DNA of 64,000 bases from Pseudomonadota bacterium (lineage in GTDB: Bacteria; Myxococcota; JACRCW01; JAFGSX01): assembly GCA_043821645.1 (NCBI GenBank), contig JBDRCO010000118.1:1-64000 (forward strand), read 5' to 3'. Position numbers and translations under genes: made by a program. Below are positions 39,163-48,816 of this stretch, in pieces. The number at the start of each line of letters is the position of its first letter. Position 1 is the first letter of the stretch. The notes beneath the pieces are model-generated. The model was not told the origin of the DNA and made no database searches. It worked only from the letters and a program-made list of their open reading frames with translations.

Positions 39163-41670
39163 ATGCTGTATAGACAGACGAGATCGGCCACTCATGCACT
39201 GCTTCTGAGTCTTGCGCTCTTTGCCAGCAGCACCGTCCATGCGGCTCCCCTGCTGACCCGCGACGGCGGCACGCTGCTCTATGGCGGTCAGCCCATCCGC
39301 CTGGTGGGCTACGGCTGCTACGGCATGCTGACCGAGAGCGCCTTCGACTACGAAGCTTTCTTCGACGAGCTGGCAGACCAGCACGGCCTCAACTTTGCCC
39401 GCATCTGGCTCAACTACCACTGGACCAACGACCTGACCCCCTTTGCCGGCAGCCGCGGCAACCACGACCTGCTGACCCACAACCAGTCCTTCTATGCCCG
39501 TCTCGACGCCCTGGCCCGCTATGCCGAGAGCAAGGGTGTGATCCTGCAGCTAACCTTCTTCGACTCGGTCATGCTCGAGGGGGGCTCGACCAGTGGCAAT
39601 CGCTGGATCAACAGCCCCTACCGCACGGCCAACAACCAGCAGAGCTACTGCGCCAACCCGGGCTGCGTCGAGGCCACTTCCGGCGAGATCTGGACCCAGG
39701 TGCACGCACCCTTCATGACGCGCGTGGTCGACACGCTCAAGCAGCGCGGCAACATCCTGTACGAGATCGCCAACGAGCCCTACCCGGGCTTCTTTGGCGC
39801 GGCCTTTCACCGCGCGGCCATCGATCACCTGCACGCGCGCCTGAGCCAGCCCGACGTCACCGGCAGCCGCTTGATCAGCACCAACGACGACAGCCTGAAC
39901 AACCTGTCCGACCCCAAGGTCGACGTGGTGAGCTTTCATGTCAACGATCCGGCCCGCGCCAATGACCACGCCAGCCTGGCCAAGCCCGTGATCATCAGCA
40001 ACGACGGGGACGTCTCGCAAAGCAGTACCAGCATGGCCAACTCCCAGCGCGTGCCGCGCATCGGCAGCTACGCCGCCACCGCCTTCTCGGACGGCTCCGT
40101 CCTGGGCCACACCCACCTGGAGATCCTGGACAAGGACATCCACGGCGCGAGCTGGCTGAGCCAGGACTACAACCCGCGGGCCGGCAACACCACCGCGGCC
40201 ATCCTCAACGTGCTCGACGACCATGTCCCGGCTCCGGCTCCCATCGATCCCGATTGCGTCGCCAGCGCCGGCAGCCTCGCCGTCGGTCGTACCTTCACCC
40301 TCACCGTTGACGCGCACAGCGGCGACGAGGCCACCACCCAGCCCAAGAGCGACGCCAACGATGGTCGCAACGGTGACAACCCGCAGTTTCGACGCCACAA
40401 CGTGGCCAGGGCACACAACGAGTACTGGTACACCTCGAGTCACCAGGAAGCAGGGGAGCCCAGTCCGAGCGCTGAGCAGTGGGTGGACTACGTGCCCGAC
40501 TTCGGCGCGCTGGGCGTGGGTCGCTACCAGATCACAGTGCGCTTTCGCGATTCGGGCAACCGCGCCAGCTATGCCGCGCGGTACCACGTCCTCGACACTC
40601 GCGATGGAGACGCCACCGTGGCCCAGCGGCAGGACATCGGCGAGGGCTACCATGACATCGACATCGGAACCTACTTCATGTGCGGTGGCAGTTTCGTGCG
40701 GGTGCAGGACCCTGGCGCCGCCAGCATCGGTTTTCACGAGATGAAGTTCACGCGCGTCGACGACGGAGCGCCACCGCCGCCACCCCCACCGCCTCCACCC
40801 GTCGACGGCTGCAACGGACTCGGAGCAGGTTCCCACACGGCCGAGCGCTTTGCCGGGCAGGCCTCGGCAACGGGCGACTGGAGCAGTGCCAGCAGCGCGG
40901 CGAGTGCTCCCGACGGCGCCGAGGCACAGAGTCCCAACCTGGACAGCGGCGAGGTGCTCAGGGTCAGCGGCTGGGGTTTTTGCGATCCGGCCGGCGACGA
41001 GCACATCGACAGGGTTCAGGTCTCCGTATTGGGACGCACCCAGTATCAGAGCGGTCCCTACGACATCCTGGTGGCGCTTGAAGCGGTGGGTCTGCAGACC
41101 AGCTGGCACCACACCACGTCAGGGTGGGACAACCTCGACGTCAGCGCTGCGCGCGGCAGCTGGAGCTGGGCCGACGTCAACGCGCTGGTCGCCGAAGTGT
41201 CGCTGCACAGTCACCCGGGCGGCAACAGAGACAGCGACGTGTGGATAGACGCCTTCCGGGTGCAGGTTAATTTCACGACGCTCACCGTGGACGCGGGTGG
41301 GACCGCTGACGCGGCGCAGAACGACGCGACCTTCAGCGCAGACGCTGCGGGCGCGGATGCGGGAGTCGAGGAAAGCGACGCCGGCGTGGCTCTCGACTCA
41401 GGTCCCGGTGGCGACGCCCAGGGTGGCGCAGACCGCGATTTGCCTGGAGATGATGCAGCGGAGGGCACGGACATCGAACCGGTCAAGGCGCGCCAGAGCT
41501 GTGCGAATGACCTGGACTGCGCCGACGGCGAGGCCTGCCTGGATGGATTCTGTGCGCCGGACATCGCGGTGAGCGGTGGCTGCGGCTGCCGGGCGGACAA
41601 CACCGTTGCCGGCTGGCTCTACCCGGCGCTGCTGCTGGCATTTTCGTGCGTTGTACGACGAAGGCGGTAG
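39163..41670 (+). CDS. Clan GH-A-like glycoside hydrolase with accessory beta domains and MYXO-CTERM tail
   Basis: NFARIW, YEIANEP, VSFH; golvesin-like domain; tail GGCGC...WLYPALLLAFSCVVRRRR. Start uncertain (ORF is open from 39028). Confidence 0.75.
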   Translation: MLYRQTRSATHALLLSLALFASSTVHAAPLLTRDGGTLLYGGQPIRLVGYGCYGMLTESAFDYEAFFDELADQHGLNFARIWLNYHWTNDLTPFAGSRGNHDLLTHNQSFYARLDALARYAESKGVILQLTFFDSVMLEGGSTSGNRWINSPYRTANNQQSYCANPGCVEATSGEIWTQVHAPFMTRVVDTLKQRGNILYEIANEPYPGFFGAAFHRAAIDHLHARLSQPDVTGSRLISTNDDSLNNLSDPKVDVVSFHVNDPARANDHASLAKPVIISNDGDVSQSSTSMANSQRVPRIGSYAATAFSDGSVLGHTHLEILDKDIHGASWLSQDYNPRAGNTTAAILNVLDDHVPAPAPIDPDCVASAGSLAVGRTFTLTVDAHSGDEATTQPKSDANDGRNGDNPQFRRHNVARAHNEYWYTSSHQEAGEPSPSAEQWVDYVPDFGALGVGRYQITVRFRDSGNRASYAARYHVLDTRDGDATVAQRQDIGEGYHDIDIGTYFMCGGSFVRVQDPGAASIGFHEMKFTRVDDGAPPPPPPPPPPVDGCNGLGAGSHTAERFAGQASATGDWSSASSAASAPDGAEAQSPNLDSGEVLRVSGWGFCDPAGDEHIDRVQVSVLGRTQYQSGPYDILVALEAVGLQTSWHHTTSGWDNLDVSAARGSWSWADVNALVAEVSLHSHPGGNRDSDVWIDAFRVQVNFTTLTVDAGGTADAAQNDATFSADAAGADAGVEESDAGVALDSGPGGDAQGGADRDLPGDDAAEGTDIEPVKARQSCANDLDCADGEACLDGFCAPDIAVSGGCGCRADNTVAGWLYPALLLAFSCVVRRRR

Positions 41671-42072
41671 CGGGTACCGGCCTGTGCGCCCGGAGCCAGC
41701 GGGCATTTCGGCACCAATCGTCCCCCCGGGAGGAGGGCTCCCTTCGGGCGGCAAGGGTCGACGACGGCACCACCACCCAGCACCAGGTCTGGTCCGGATG
41801 TCGGGAAGGCTCGGAAGTCAACCTCCTGAAGATCTCGGGAGGCGGCGACACGTGGTCGCTGGGCTTTCAGGAGCTGCCGGTCAGCGTCGTCGGAACCGTC
41901 GCGCAAGACTTCTCGACCAACAGTGCGATCCTGGAGTTCCTTGACCGGTTCCGAGGCAGGTCCTGCAATGCTGAGCTGGAAGGTAGACGGGGAGCCCAGG
42001 ACCATCCCGATGCGAGAAGACACAGCGCCGGCTGAGATCGCCCTGCTCCTGCCCGCCACCGCGCAGGGGAGG

Positions 42073-43593
42073 TCAGGGGTAGCGCTGCTGCATCACCGAG
42101 AGCACCGTCCCGTCGTCGTAGTGGGGCAGGAACAGCGCCCAGCTGATGCCATGGTTCGCCAGGGTGTTGACGCTGAGGATGGCGTCGGCCTTGGTGATGC
42201 TGCCGTAGTGCGGCCGCATGCCCGCATCGCCCATCGGCAGGATCTGCTTGGTGTACCCCGCCGCGCGCCACATGTTGACATAGGCGAGGTAGGCGTCGGC
42301 CTTGCACGAGTAGCACCAGGGCGAGACGCAGTGGGTGTACTGCTGCAGCAGCGCGGCGCGTTGGTTGAAGGTGCTGGTGCCGGCAATGGCGTGATCGAGC
42401 GAGATCTTGGGCACGTCGCAGAACACCTTGCCCGCGGCCTCAGCCTCCTCGTACAGCACGCGCAGGATGGTGGCGCCCATGCTCAGGGTCCAGCCCTCGT
42501 GATCCAGCGCGATGCCATCCAGCTCTGGGTCGGCCAGGGTCTCGCGCGCCCACTGGCGCAGCGCGTCGGCAGACCACGGGGTGTTCCATGGCGCGTACCA
42601 GGGGTGAATGATGCGCAGGTTGTGAGCGTTGGGAGTGTGCCCCCGCAGTGCAAAGACCACGGGCCAGTTCAGTCCATATCCGGTGCTATCGTCCGCGGCG
42701 TTGGCCTCTAGCCACAGCGCCGGGCGCATGGGAAAGGGATTGCGGGGATCGAGGGCGTCTTCGTCCACCTCGCCATCGCAGTCGTCGTCTCTGTTGTTGC
42801 GCACATCCCGCGGCACCGCCCCACAGGCGCCACAGGTCTGCACCGTGGTGCAGCTGCTGAAGTCCATGCAATCCCTGGCCGCACAGCAGCCGCCTGCGTC
42901 GTCACACAGCAGGCCTGGTTCGCAGCACACCGCGTCGCAGCAGAGACCGTTGCAGTCGTTGCTCTCGCACAGCCCGCCGCACCCATCCTCCGCGCCCGCG
43001 CACTGGCCTGTGCAGTCGCAGCGAGGGTCCTGCACGCACCCCAGGCCCTGTGACAGGTAGCCGTGCGCGCAGACGCAGCTCGGGCTGTCCTCGATGGACT
43101 CGCAGGTCCCGTGCGACCCGCAGTCCACAGCCTGGCAGGGGTCGATGGGCTCACAGCTGAACTCCCGAACTTCGTAGCCGGAATCGCAATCACAGGCAGC
43201 GCTCCCCTGGTCGTCGACACAACGTCCATGCGCCCCACAATCGACGTGAATGCACACGTTGGAGCTGCCCTCGTCGATCGCGCCATCGCAGTCGTCGTCG
43301 AGACCATTGTCGATGTCTGCGGGTGCCGCCGGGCAGTCCTCGCAGCTGGCGTAGATCGCGCACGCTCCGAAATCGACGCACCAGTGCGCCAGGCAGCAGA
43401 CCCCGCCCTGGCACAACTGCCCGGGTGCGCAGCAGACCTCACCGCAGCACGCGTCTGTGCATCCGTCGGCGCAGGGCGTCGAGCCACGGGAATCCAGGGG
43501 CCCGGTCGGCCCAGGTTCGCACCTGGGCGCACCGACCACCATCAGCACAAGCATCCAACCCAGAACGACAGCGCCAAGCTTCATGGTGCGCAT
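42073..43593 (-). CDS. Cys-rich EGF-like / DDDCDG-repeat exported protein with a C-terminal globular (possibly TIM-barrel) domain
   Basis: Signal MKLGAVVLGW, two N..DDDCDG..DE motifs, EGF-like C.C..GY, C-domain with DGIALDHEG. Confidence 0.75.
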   Translation of the reverse strand: MRTMKLGAVVLGWMLVLMVVGAPRCEPGPTGPLDSRGSTPCADGCTDACCGEVCCAPGQLCQGGVCCLAHWCVDFGACAIYASCEDCPAAPADIDNGLDDDCDGAIDEGSSNVCIHVDCGAHGRCVDDQGSAACDCDSGYEVREFSCEPIDPCQAVDCGSHGTCESIEDSPSCVCAHGYLSQGLGCVQDPRCDCTGQCAGAEDGCGGLCESNDCNGLCCDAVCCEPGLLCDDAGGCCAARDCMDFSSCTTVQTCGACGAVPRDVRNNRDDDCDGEVDEDALDPRNPFPMRPALWLEANAADDSTGYGLNWPVVFALRGHTPNAHNLRIIHPWYAPWNTPWSADALRQWARETLADPELDGIALDHEGWTLSMGATILRVLYEEAEAAGKVFCDVPKISLDHAIAGTSTFNQRAALLQQYTHCVSPWCYSCKADAYLAYVNMWRAAGYTKQILPMGDAGMRPHYGSITKADAILSVNTLANHGISWALFLPHYDDGTVLSVMQQRYP

Positions 43594-44675
43594 GCGGGCT
43601 TCACTCCTTCCCACTCCGTCCAGGTGACCCATTCGTAGTGGCTATTGTCGTCGGTGTAGATCTGCCGGGTGTTGTCGCAGCACGCCCTGTTCAGGTAGCT
43701 GCGGCATTCCGCGCTGCCCTCGCCCGTGGTGGTCGTTGCCTCCGCGGGTGGGCAGAACGCGTCGCCATCGCGCCAGTCGCACCACCCACCGCGGGCACAA
43801 CCCTCGAGCGGGCCGGGCCCTGTGCTCTGGCAGGGCGGGGGGAGACAGGCCTCGCAGCTTTGGTAGCTGTCGCCGCTGGCGTGGTCGACGCAGGTGTGGG
43901 CCTCGCAGCATTGACCGCCTTCGCCACACAGCTGGCCCTCGCCGCAGCACACCGTGCCACAGCAAGTGTGCGCGCAGCGGTCCTCGGCACAGGTGTGTCC
44001 GCAGCCGTCGTCGGCGCCTGCGCACCGGCCTTCGCAGGTACAGGAGGGATCCGGTTCGCAGGCCAGGCCCTGGGCCAGGTAGCCGTCTTCGCAGTTGCAG
44101 CGCGCGACTCCGGCGAGCTCCTCGCAGTGACCGTGGCCGCCGCAGTTCACACCATGGCAGGGGCCCGCCGACGCGCAGCTCAGGACGTCCACAGCGGCCA
44201 CGAAGCCCTCGTCGCAGTTGCACCGCGCCTTCCCTAGCTCCAAGACGCAGCTCCCATGTTCGCCGCAGCGCTGGTTGGTGCAGGCGTTGACGGCATCCTC
44301 GTCGACGAGCCCGTCGCAGTCGTCATCCCGGCCATTGGCGATGTCAGGTGGTGCCTCGGGGCACGGGTCAACACAGCGGAGCCAGGTCGCGCAGCTGGAG
44401 AAATCCGTGCACAGCTCGACGGCGACCTCCTCGCCGCAGATCGCGCTCCTGGCCGCGACGTCCGCGCCGTCGACACAGAAGCGGTCCAGGCAGACCTCGC
44501 CCGTCGCCGCGCAATCACTGCTGTCGACGCAGACCGCGCGACACAGTCCCCCCTCGGCGGCCTGCCCGTCGGGGCAGTCCAGGACCTGGCTCAGGGGCGT
44601 GCAGCTCGCCGCAACGGCCTGGATCAGGACGAGCGCTCCCTGGAGTCCCTGCGAACAGAATGCCTCTCGCTTCAT
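43581..44675 (-). CDS. Cys-rich EGF-like lipoprotein, paralogous to the downstream gene
   Basis: VAASC lipobox, NGRDDDCDGLVDE, CG.HG.C EGF-like repeats, and C.G.CAGA.DGCG shared with the neighbour. Confidence 0.75.
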   Translation of the reverse strand: MKREAFCSQGLQGALVLIQAVAASCTPLSQVLDCPDGQAAEGGLCRAVCVDSSDCAATGEVCLDRFCVDGADVAARSAICGEEVAVELCTDFSSCATWLRCVDPCPEAPPDIANGRDDDCDGLVDEDAVNACTNQRCGEHGSCVLELGKARCNCDEGFVAAVDVLSCASAGPCHGVNCGGHGHCEELAGVARCNCEDGYLAQGLACEPDPSCTCEGRCAGADDGCGHTCAEDRCAHTCCGTVCCGEGQLCGEGGQCCEAHTCVDHASGDSYQSCEACLPPPCQSTGPGPLEGCARGGWCDWRDGDAFCPPAEATTTTGEGSAECRSYLNRACCDNTRQIYTDDNSHYEWVTWTEWEGVKPACAP

Positions 44676-45045
44676 GTGTCCATCCACTCCGCCTCGCCGT
44701 GCGGCGGATCCCCGCGCCGGGGAATCCCTGCCCCCCGGTAGAGCAAGGCTGGTGCCAGCACCTCGGCTGCGGCGTGTGTCCTGCAGGTCCTGGAGTTCGA
44801 GCGCTGTGTGCGGCGAGCGTGCACCCCCGGCCTGCCACCAGGTGGTAACTCAAGGTGGCAGGGTGGAAACTCCTGCTGACGGCATGGGGACCCGAGTGTG
44901 CGAAGGACACAGACCCTGCCCCCGGTTGGCCGTGGGGCTTTGCAGCCCGGGATGTCGGTCCGTTGCTGCTTTCGTTTCTCGTCTGGCTCGACAAGCTGTT
45001 GGTCTAGGATCGGAGGGTCTGCGATGCACAAGGAAGGCGCCCGCC

Positions 45046-45912
45046 ATGACCTCACGAACGTGTCCGGGCTGCGGACGGCCCATGCGCGCGACGCAGGGCG
45101 CGTGCCTGTACTGCGGAACAGCGTCTCCGAGCGCGGGCGTCGGCGCCGTGAGCCCGGTCCATCGCGTGTCGCCGTCGACTCCGGTGAACCAGGACCACCC
45201 CAGGATCTGCCCGGGCTGTCAGCGCCCAGCCAGGGGTCGGGTGGTGCGCTGCTTCTACTGTGGCCACGACGTGCCCGCTGTGTCAGCGCCACCTCAGCGC
45301 AGCTGTCCGCGCTGCCGCACGGCCTTGCAGGTTGTCACCGCCACCTGGGTGAGCGTCGACGCCTGTTCAGCCTGCGGTGGCATCTTCTTTGACCGCGGCG
45401 AGCTGGAGCGCGAGCAACGCATCGATGCCCAGCAGTTTCGCTGGCTGCAGGCTCAGCTTCGACCCTGTGCCCCCGATGGCACCGCGCCGCTGCGCTGCCC
45501 TGGCTGCGGCGGTTCCATGCACGCCCTGACACCCGGCGGTGACGAGACCGTGATCATCGATGCCTGCCCCGGCTGCAGCGGCTGGTGGCTCGACGCTGGC
45601 GAGGCGCAGACCCTGCACCAGATCGCCCTGCGCGGACAGACGCGCCGCGCCGGGTCCACCTGGGACCGCCCCGACGCCGAGGTGAACCCTCGGGTGAGAG
45701 ACCTCGTCGAGCGACAGGCGACCGAGCGCATGCGGGAGCGAGCACGCCAGGACAGTCGAGACCTCGACCCGCGCGAACGCGAGCGGCAGAAGAAGCTCTA
45801 CGGCCAGGTCCTGACAGGACGACCCGATTTCCTCGATCAGAGCACGGTGGGCAAGGTGATCACCACCGTCGACGTGGTCGGTGATGTCATCGGTTGGCTC
45901 ATGGATCCCTAG
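45046..45912 (+). CDS. Multi zinc-ribbon protein (zf-TFIIB-like)
   Basis: Eight CxxC motifs; CPRC...DACSACGGIFFDRGEL and DACPGCSGWWLDAGE. Start moved from ORF start 44218. Confidence 0.8.
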   Translation: MTSRTCPGCGRPMRATQGACLYCGTASPSAGVGAVSPVHRVSPSTPVNQDHPRICPGCQRPARGRVVRCFYCGHDVPAVSAPPQRSCPRCRTALQVVTATWVSVDACSACGGIFFDRGELEREQRIDAQQFRWLQAQLRPCAPDGTAPLRCPGCGGSMHALTPGGDETVIIDACPGCSGWWLDAGEAQTLHQIALRGQTRRAGSTWDRPDAEVNPRVRDLVERQATERMRERARQDSRDLDPRERERQKKLYGQVLTGRPDFLDQSTVGKVITTVDVVGDVIGWLMDP

Positions 45913-45933
45913 CCCGCGGCGGACGCAGCCTTT

Positions 45934-47397
45934 TCAGGCGCGCATCGACTTGAACACCCGCATCAAGCCCAGGTAGCACAGCGCCGACAGGCCGAAGCCG
46001 ACGAACCAGGCGTAGGTGTACAGGCCGCTGAAGAAACCAGGAACCTCGGCGACGAAACCCGCCGCTTGCAGGAAGCCCGGCACGTTGGGGGCGACGCCGA
46101 CGACCAGGGCGATCATGGCCGCCAGGTTCCAGCCACCCTTGTAGCTGTAGGCTCCGTCGCGCACGAAGAGCTGTTCCACGTCGAGCTCGGTGCGGCGCAC
46201 GATGAAGTAGTCCGCGATGAGGATGCCGGCGATGGGCCCGAGCAGCGCCGAGTAGCCGATGAGCCAGGTGAAGATGTAGCCCTGGGTCGACTCGAGGAGC
46301 TTCCAGGGGAACATGGCGATGCCCAGGCCGGCGGTGATGTAGCCGCCCATCTTGAACGAGATCTTCTTGGGCGCGATGTTCGAAAAGCCGTTGGCCGGGG
46401 CCACCACGTTGGCGGCCAGGTTGGTGGTCAGGGTGGCGATGGCCAGGGCGAACAGCGCCACCACGACGGTGAAGCCGCCCATGCGGCCGAGCAGCTGCAC
46501 CGGATCCCAGATGGCCTCGCCGTAGATGACGACGGTGGCCGAGGTCACGGCCACGCCGATGAAGCTGAACAGGGCCATGGTGGGTGGCAGGCCTAGGGCC
46601 TGACCGAGCAGCTGCTCGCGCTGTGAGCGGCAGTAGCGCGTGAAGTCGGGGATGTTGAGCGACAGCGTGGCCCAGAAGCCCACCATCGCGGTCAGCCCTG
46701 GAAAGAAAACCTTGGCGAACTGCCCCTCGCGCAGGCCGCCGGGACCGAACTGCGACGGCGTGCTGAGCATCGCACCAAAGCCTCCGGCCTTGACGTAGGC
46801 CCAGCCCAGCAGCACCAGACCCATGACGATGAGAAAGGGCGCGGCGTAGGTCTCGAGCCAGCGGATGGACTCGGTGCCGCGGGCGATGAACCACACGTGC
46901 AGACCCCAGAACAGCAAGAAGCACACGAGCTGGCCGAGGTCGATGCCGAGCAGGGCCAGGGGCTCACCTTTGATGGCGTTGGCGGTGACAGCGTTGACGA
47001 TGGTGTAGATGGCCGAGCCGCCGACCCAGGTCTGGATGCCGAACCAGCCGCACGCAACGAGTCCACGCAGAATGGCTGGCACGTTGGCGCCGACGGTGCC
47101 AAAGGCGGCACGCGACAGCACCGGAAAGGGGATGCCGTGCTTGGTGCCAGCGTGGCCGACCAGGGCCATGGGCACGAGCACGATGACGTTGCCCAGCAGC
47201 ACGCACAACACCGCCTGCCACCAGGACATGCCTTCCTTGATCAGGCCAGAGGCCAGCATGTAGGTCGGCACGCACACGGCCATGCCCACCCACAGGGCAG
47301 CGATGTTCCACTGGGTCCAGGTGCGTTGCTCGGGCGGGGTGGGCGCCAGGTCCTCGTTGTACAGCTGGGGATCGCGGGCGGTCTCTGTCGTCGTCAT
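45934..47397 (-). CDS. NCS1-family nucleobase:cation symporter
   Basis: LYNEDLAP, GIPFPVLSRAAFG, WFGIQTW, LNIPDFTRY, NLAANVV; about 12 TM helices. Confidence 0.95.
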   Translation of the reverse strand: MTTTETARDPQLYNEDLAPTPPEQRTWTQWNIAALWVGMAVCVPTYMLASGLIKEGMSWWQAVLCVLLGNVIVLVPMALVGHAGTKHGIPFPVLSRAAFGTVGANVPAILRGLVACGWFGIQTWVGGSAIYTIVNAVTANAIKGEPLALLGIDLGQLVCFLLFWGLHVWFIARGTESIRWLETYAAPFLIVMGLVLLGWAYVKAGGFGAMLSTPSQFGPGGLREGQFAKVFFPGLTAMVGFWATLSLNIPDFTRYCRSQREQLLGQALGLPPTMALFSFIGVAVTSATVVIYGEAIWDPVQLLGRMGGFTVVVALFALAIATLTTNLAANVVAPANGFSNIAPKKISFKMGGYITAGLGIAMFPWKLLESTQGYIFTWLIGYSALLGPIAGILIADYFIVRRTELDVEQLFVRDGAYSYKGGWNLAAMIALVVGVAPNVPGFLQAAGFVAEVPGFFSGLYTYAWFVGFGLSALCYLGLMRVFKSMRA

Positions 47398-47769
47398 GGG
47401 GCCCCCATGTCAGAGGCGGGACCATCGCGCGCGAAGGCCAGTGTCGTCAACCCTGCGTGACGCTCGCCTCCCTCCCGTCCTTTCGTCTCCTCACCGCAAT
47501 CGGCCCACCCGGCTGGCGAATGCGCCGCCGCTGGGTCCCGGAGCCGCATGCACTCGTCGCCGAAAGAACGCTCGGTCGGCTCGCTTCACGGGGTCGGGGC
47601 GCGAGAGGTCCCGGTCACAGCACTTCAAGCCAAGGCAGCACAACATGCCACATGCTGGACGCCCAATTCTTCGACGTCACCGAGCAAGCGTCAGCGAAGC
47701 GAGGTGTCCTTGACAGCGCTGGTGGGGGTGAATGCCGACGGATTCACTCCGGCGGCAGAACGTTCGCCC

Positions 47770-47835
47770 GTGCTGGTTGGGTGGGGGACCCGCCGGATTC
47801 ACTTCGGCGGGGGAGGGTCTGCCCGACAGACCCTC
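47770..47835. repeat. 66-nt two-hairpin dispersed element, copy 2
   Basis: 59/66 identical to 13887-13952. Stem GAGGGTCTG-CCCGA-CAGACCCTC; a partial extra copy lies at 47718-47756. Confidence 0.9.
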
Positions 47836-47871
47836 GCGAGATGTCGAGCGCCCGACGCCCCCCTTGAAAAA

Positions 47872-48645
47872 TTAGTTAAAGTCGTACGCCTCAGCCTCGC
47901 CGGTGGCCGGCTTGAGCCCGACGTAGAAACCGTGGTCGCTGCCGGTGGGGTTGTTCATCTGAAAGCACACCGGGTAGTCGACAGAGAAGTTGTAGGGATC
48001 CGAGTCCTGGAAGGGGAAGAACACGCTCTCGGGCAGCAGGGCGTCGCGCATCTCCTTGATCTCGGCGTCGCTGTGGTCGTCCTTGAGCTCGGGCACCCAG
48101 TTCTCGTCGAAGTAGCTCTGCATCGCAGCCTTGGCCGCGTCGAGGTCCTTCTTCTCGAGCTTGACGGGCGACGGGATCCAGTTGCCCTCGTAGGCCATCA
48201 GGTAGGCGGTGCCGCTGTTGGCGCCGGCCACGAAGTCGACGGTGAAGCCATCGCGCACGTTGCCGCGCACGTTGCTGACGGCGACGTTCTGGTCATCGGC
48301 GCCCCACAGGATGTCCTTCATACGGCCGACAAAGACCTGCTCGGCGTCGTGGGGCAGCTGGGTCTGGCCGGTCATGGCCGCGAGGCGCGCGGTGACCGCG
48401 TTGAGACCTGTCTTCTCGTAGCCCTCGAGGGCCTCGCGGGCGTCGGGGTCCTTGCCCAGCAGCGCCTCGGCGGCGGCCACGTAGCGCTTGTTGGCTTCAA
48501 AGGTCTCCTTGGGCTTGTCCGAGCGCGCGATCTCGCCGACCGCGGCCTCGATGATGTTCTTGGCGTCCTTCTCGCTGATGGTGCCCTTGCGGTCGTTCTG
48601 GATGCCGTGGGTCAGGGCATTGCGGGTGGACTGGATCTTGGACAT
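47872..48645 (-). CDS. Hypothetical protein
   Basis: GGAGG RBS and native codon bias; no motif recognised. Confidence 0.8.
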   Translation of the reverse strand: MSKIQSTRNALTHGIQNDRKGTISEKDAKNIIEAAVGEIARSDKPKETFEANKRYVAAAEALLGKDPDAREALEGYEKTGLNAVTARLAAMTGQTQLPHDAEQVFVGRMKDILWGADDQNVAVSNVRGNVRDGFTVDFVAGANSGTAYLMAYEGNWIPSPVKLEKKDLDAAKAAMQSYFDENWVPELKDDHSDAEIKEMRDALLPESVFFPFQDSDPYNFSVDYPVCFQMNNPTGSDHGFYVGLKPATGEAEAYDFN

Positions 48646-48816
48646 GGAAACCTCCCGGGGATGGATGCTCTGCAGTCCTTGCTTTTACCTCGGGGAAGGC
48701 GATTTTGGCCATCACCGGCCAGGTGGCCACACGCCGTCGCCTGACAGACGGTCGATTGTGACCATTTCGCCCGCTTCAGCTGCCGCTGTACCGCCAGGGG
48801 GGTGTGCCGAACGCTT

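Noticed and set aside
47400-47870. Purine/pyrimidine riboswitch upstream of the NCS1 transporter
   Set aside because: No recognisable aptamer consensus. The structured element here also occurs at exbB-exbD in the opposite relative orientation.
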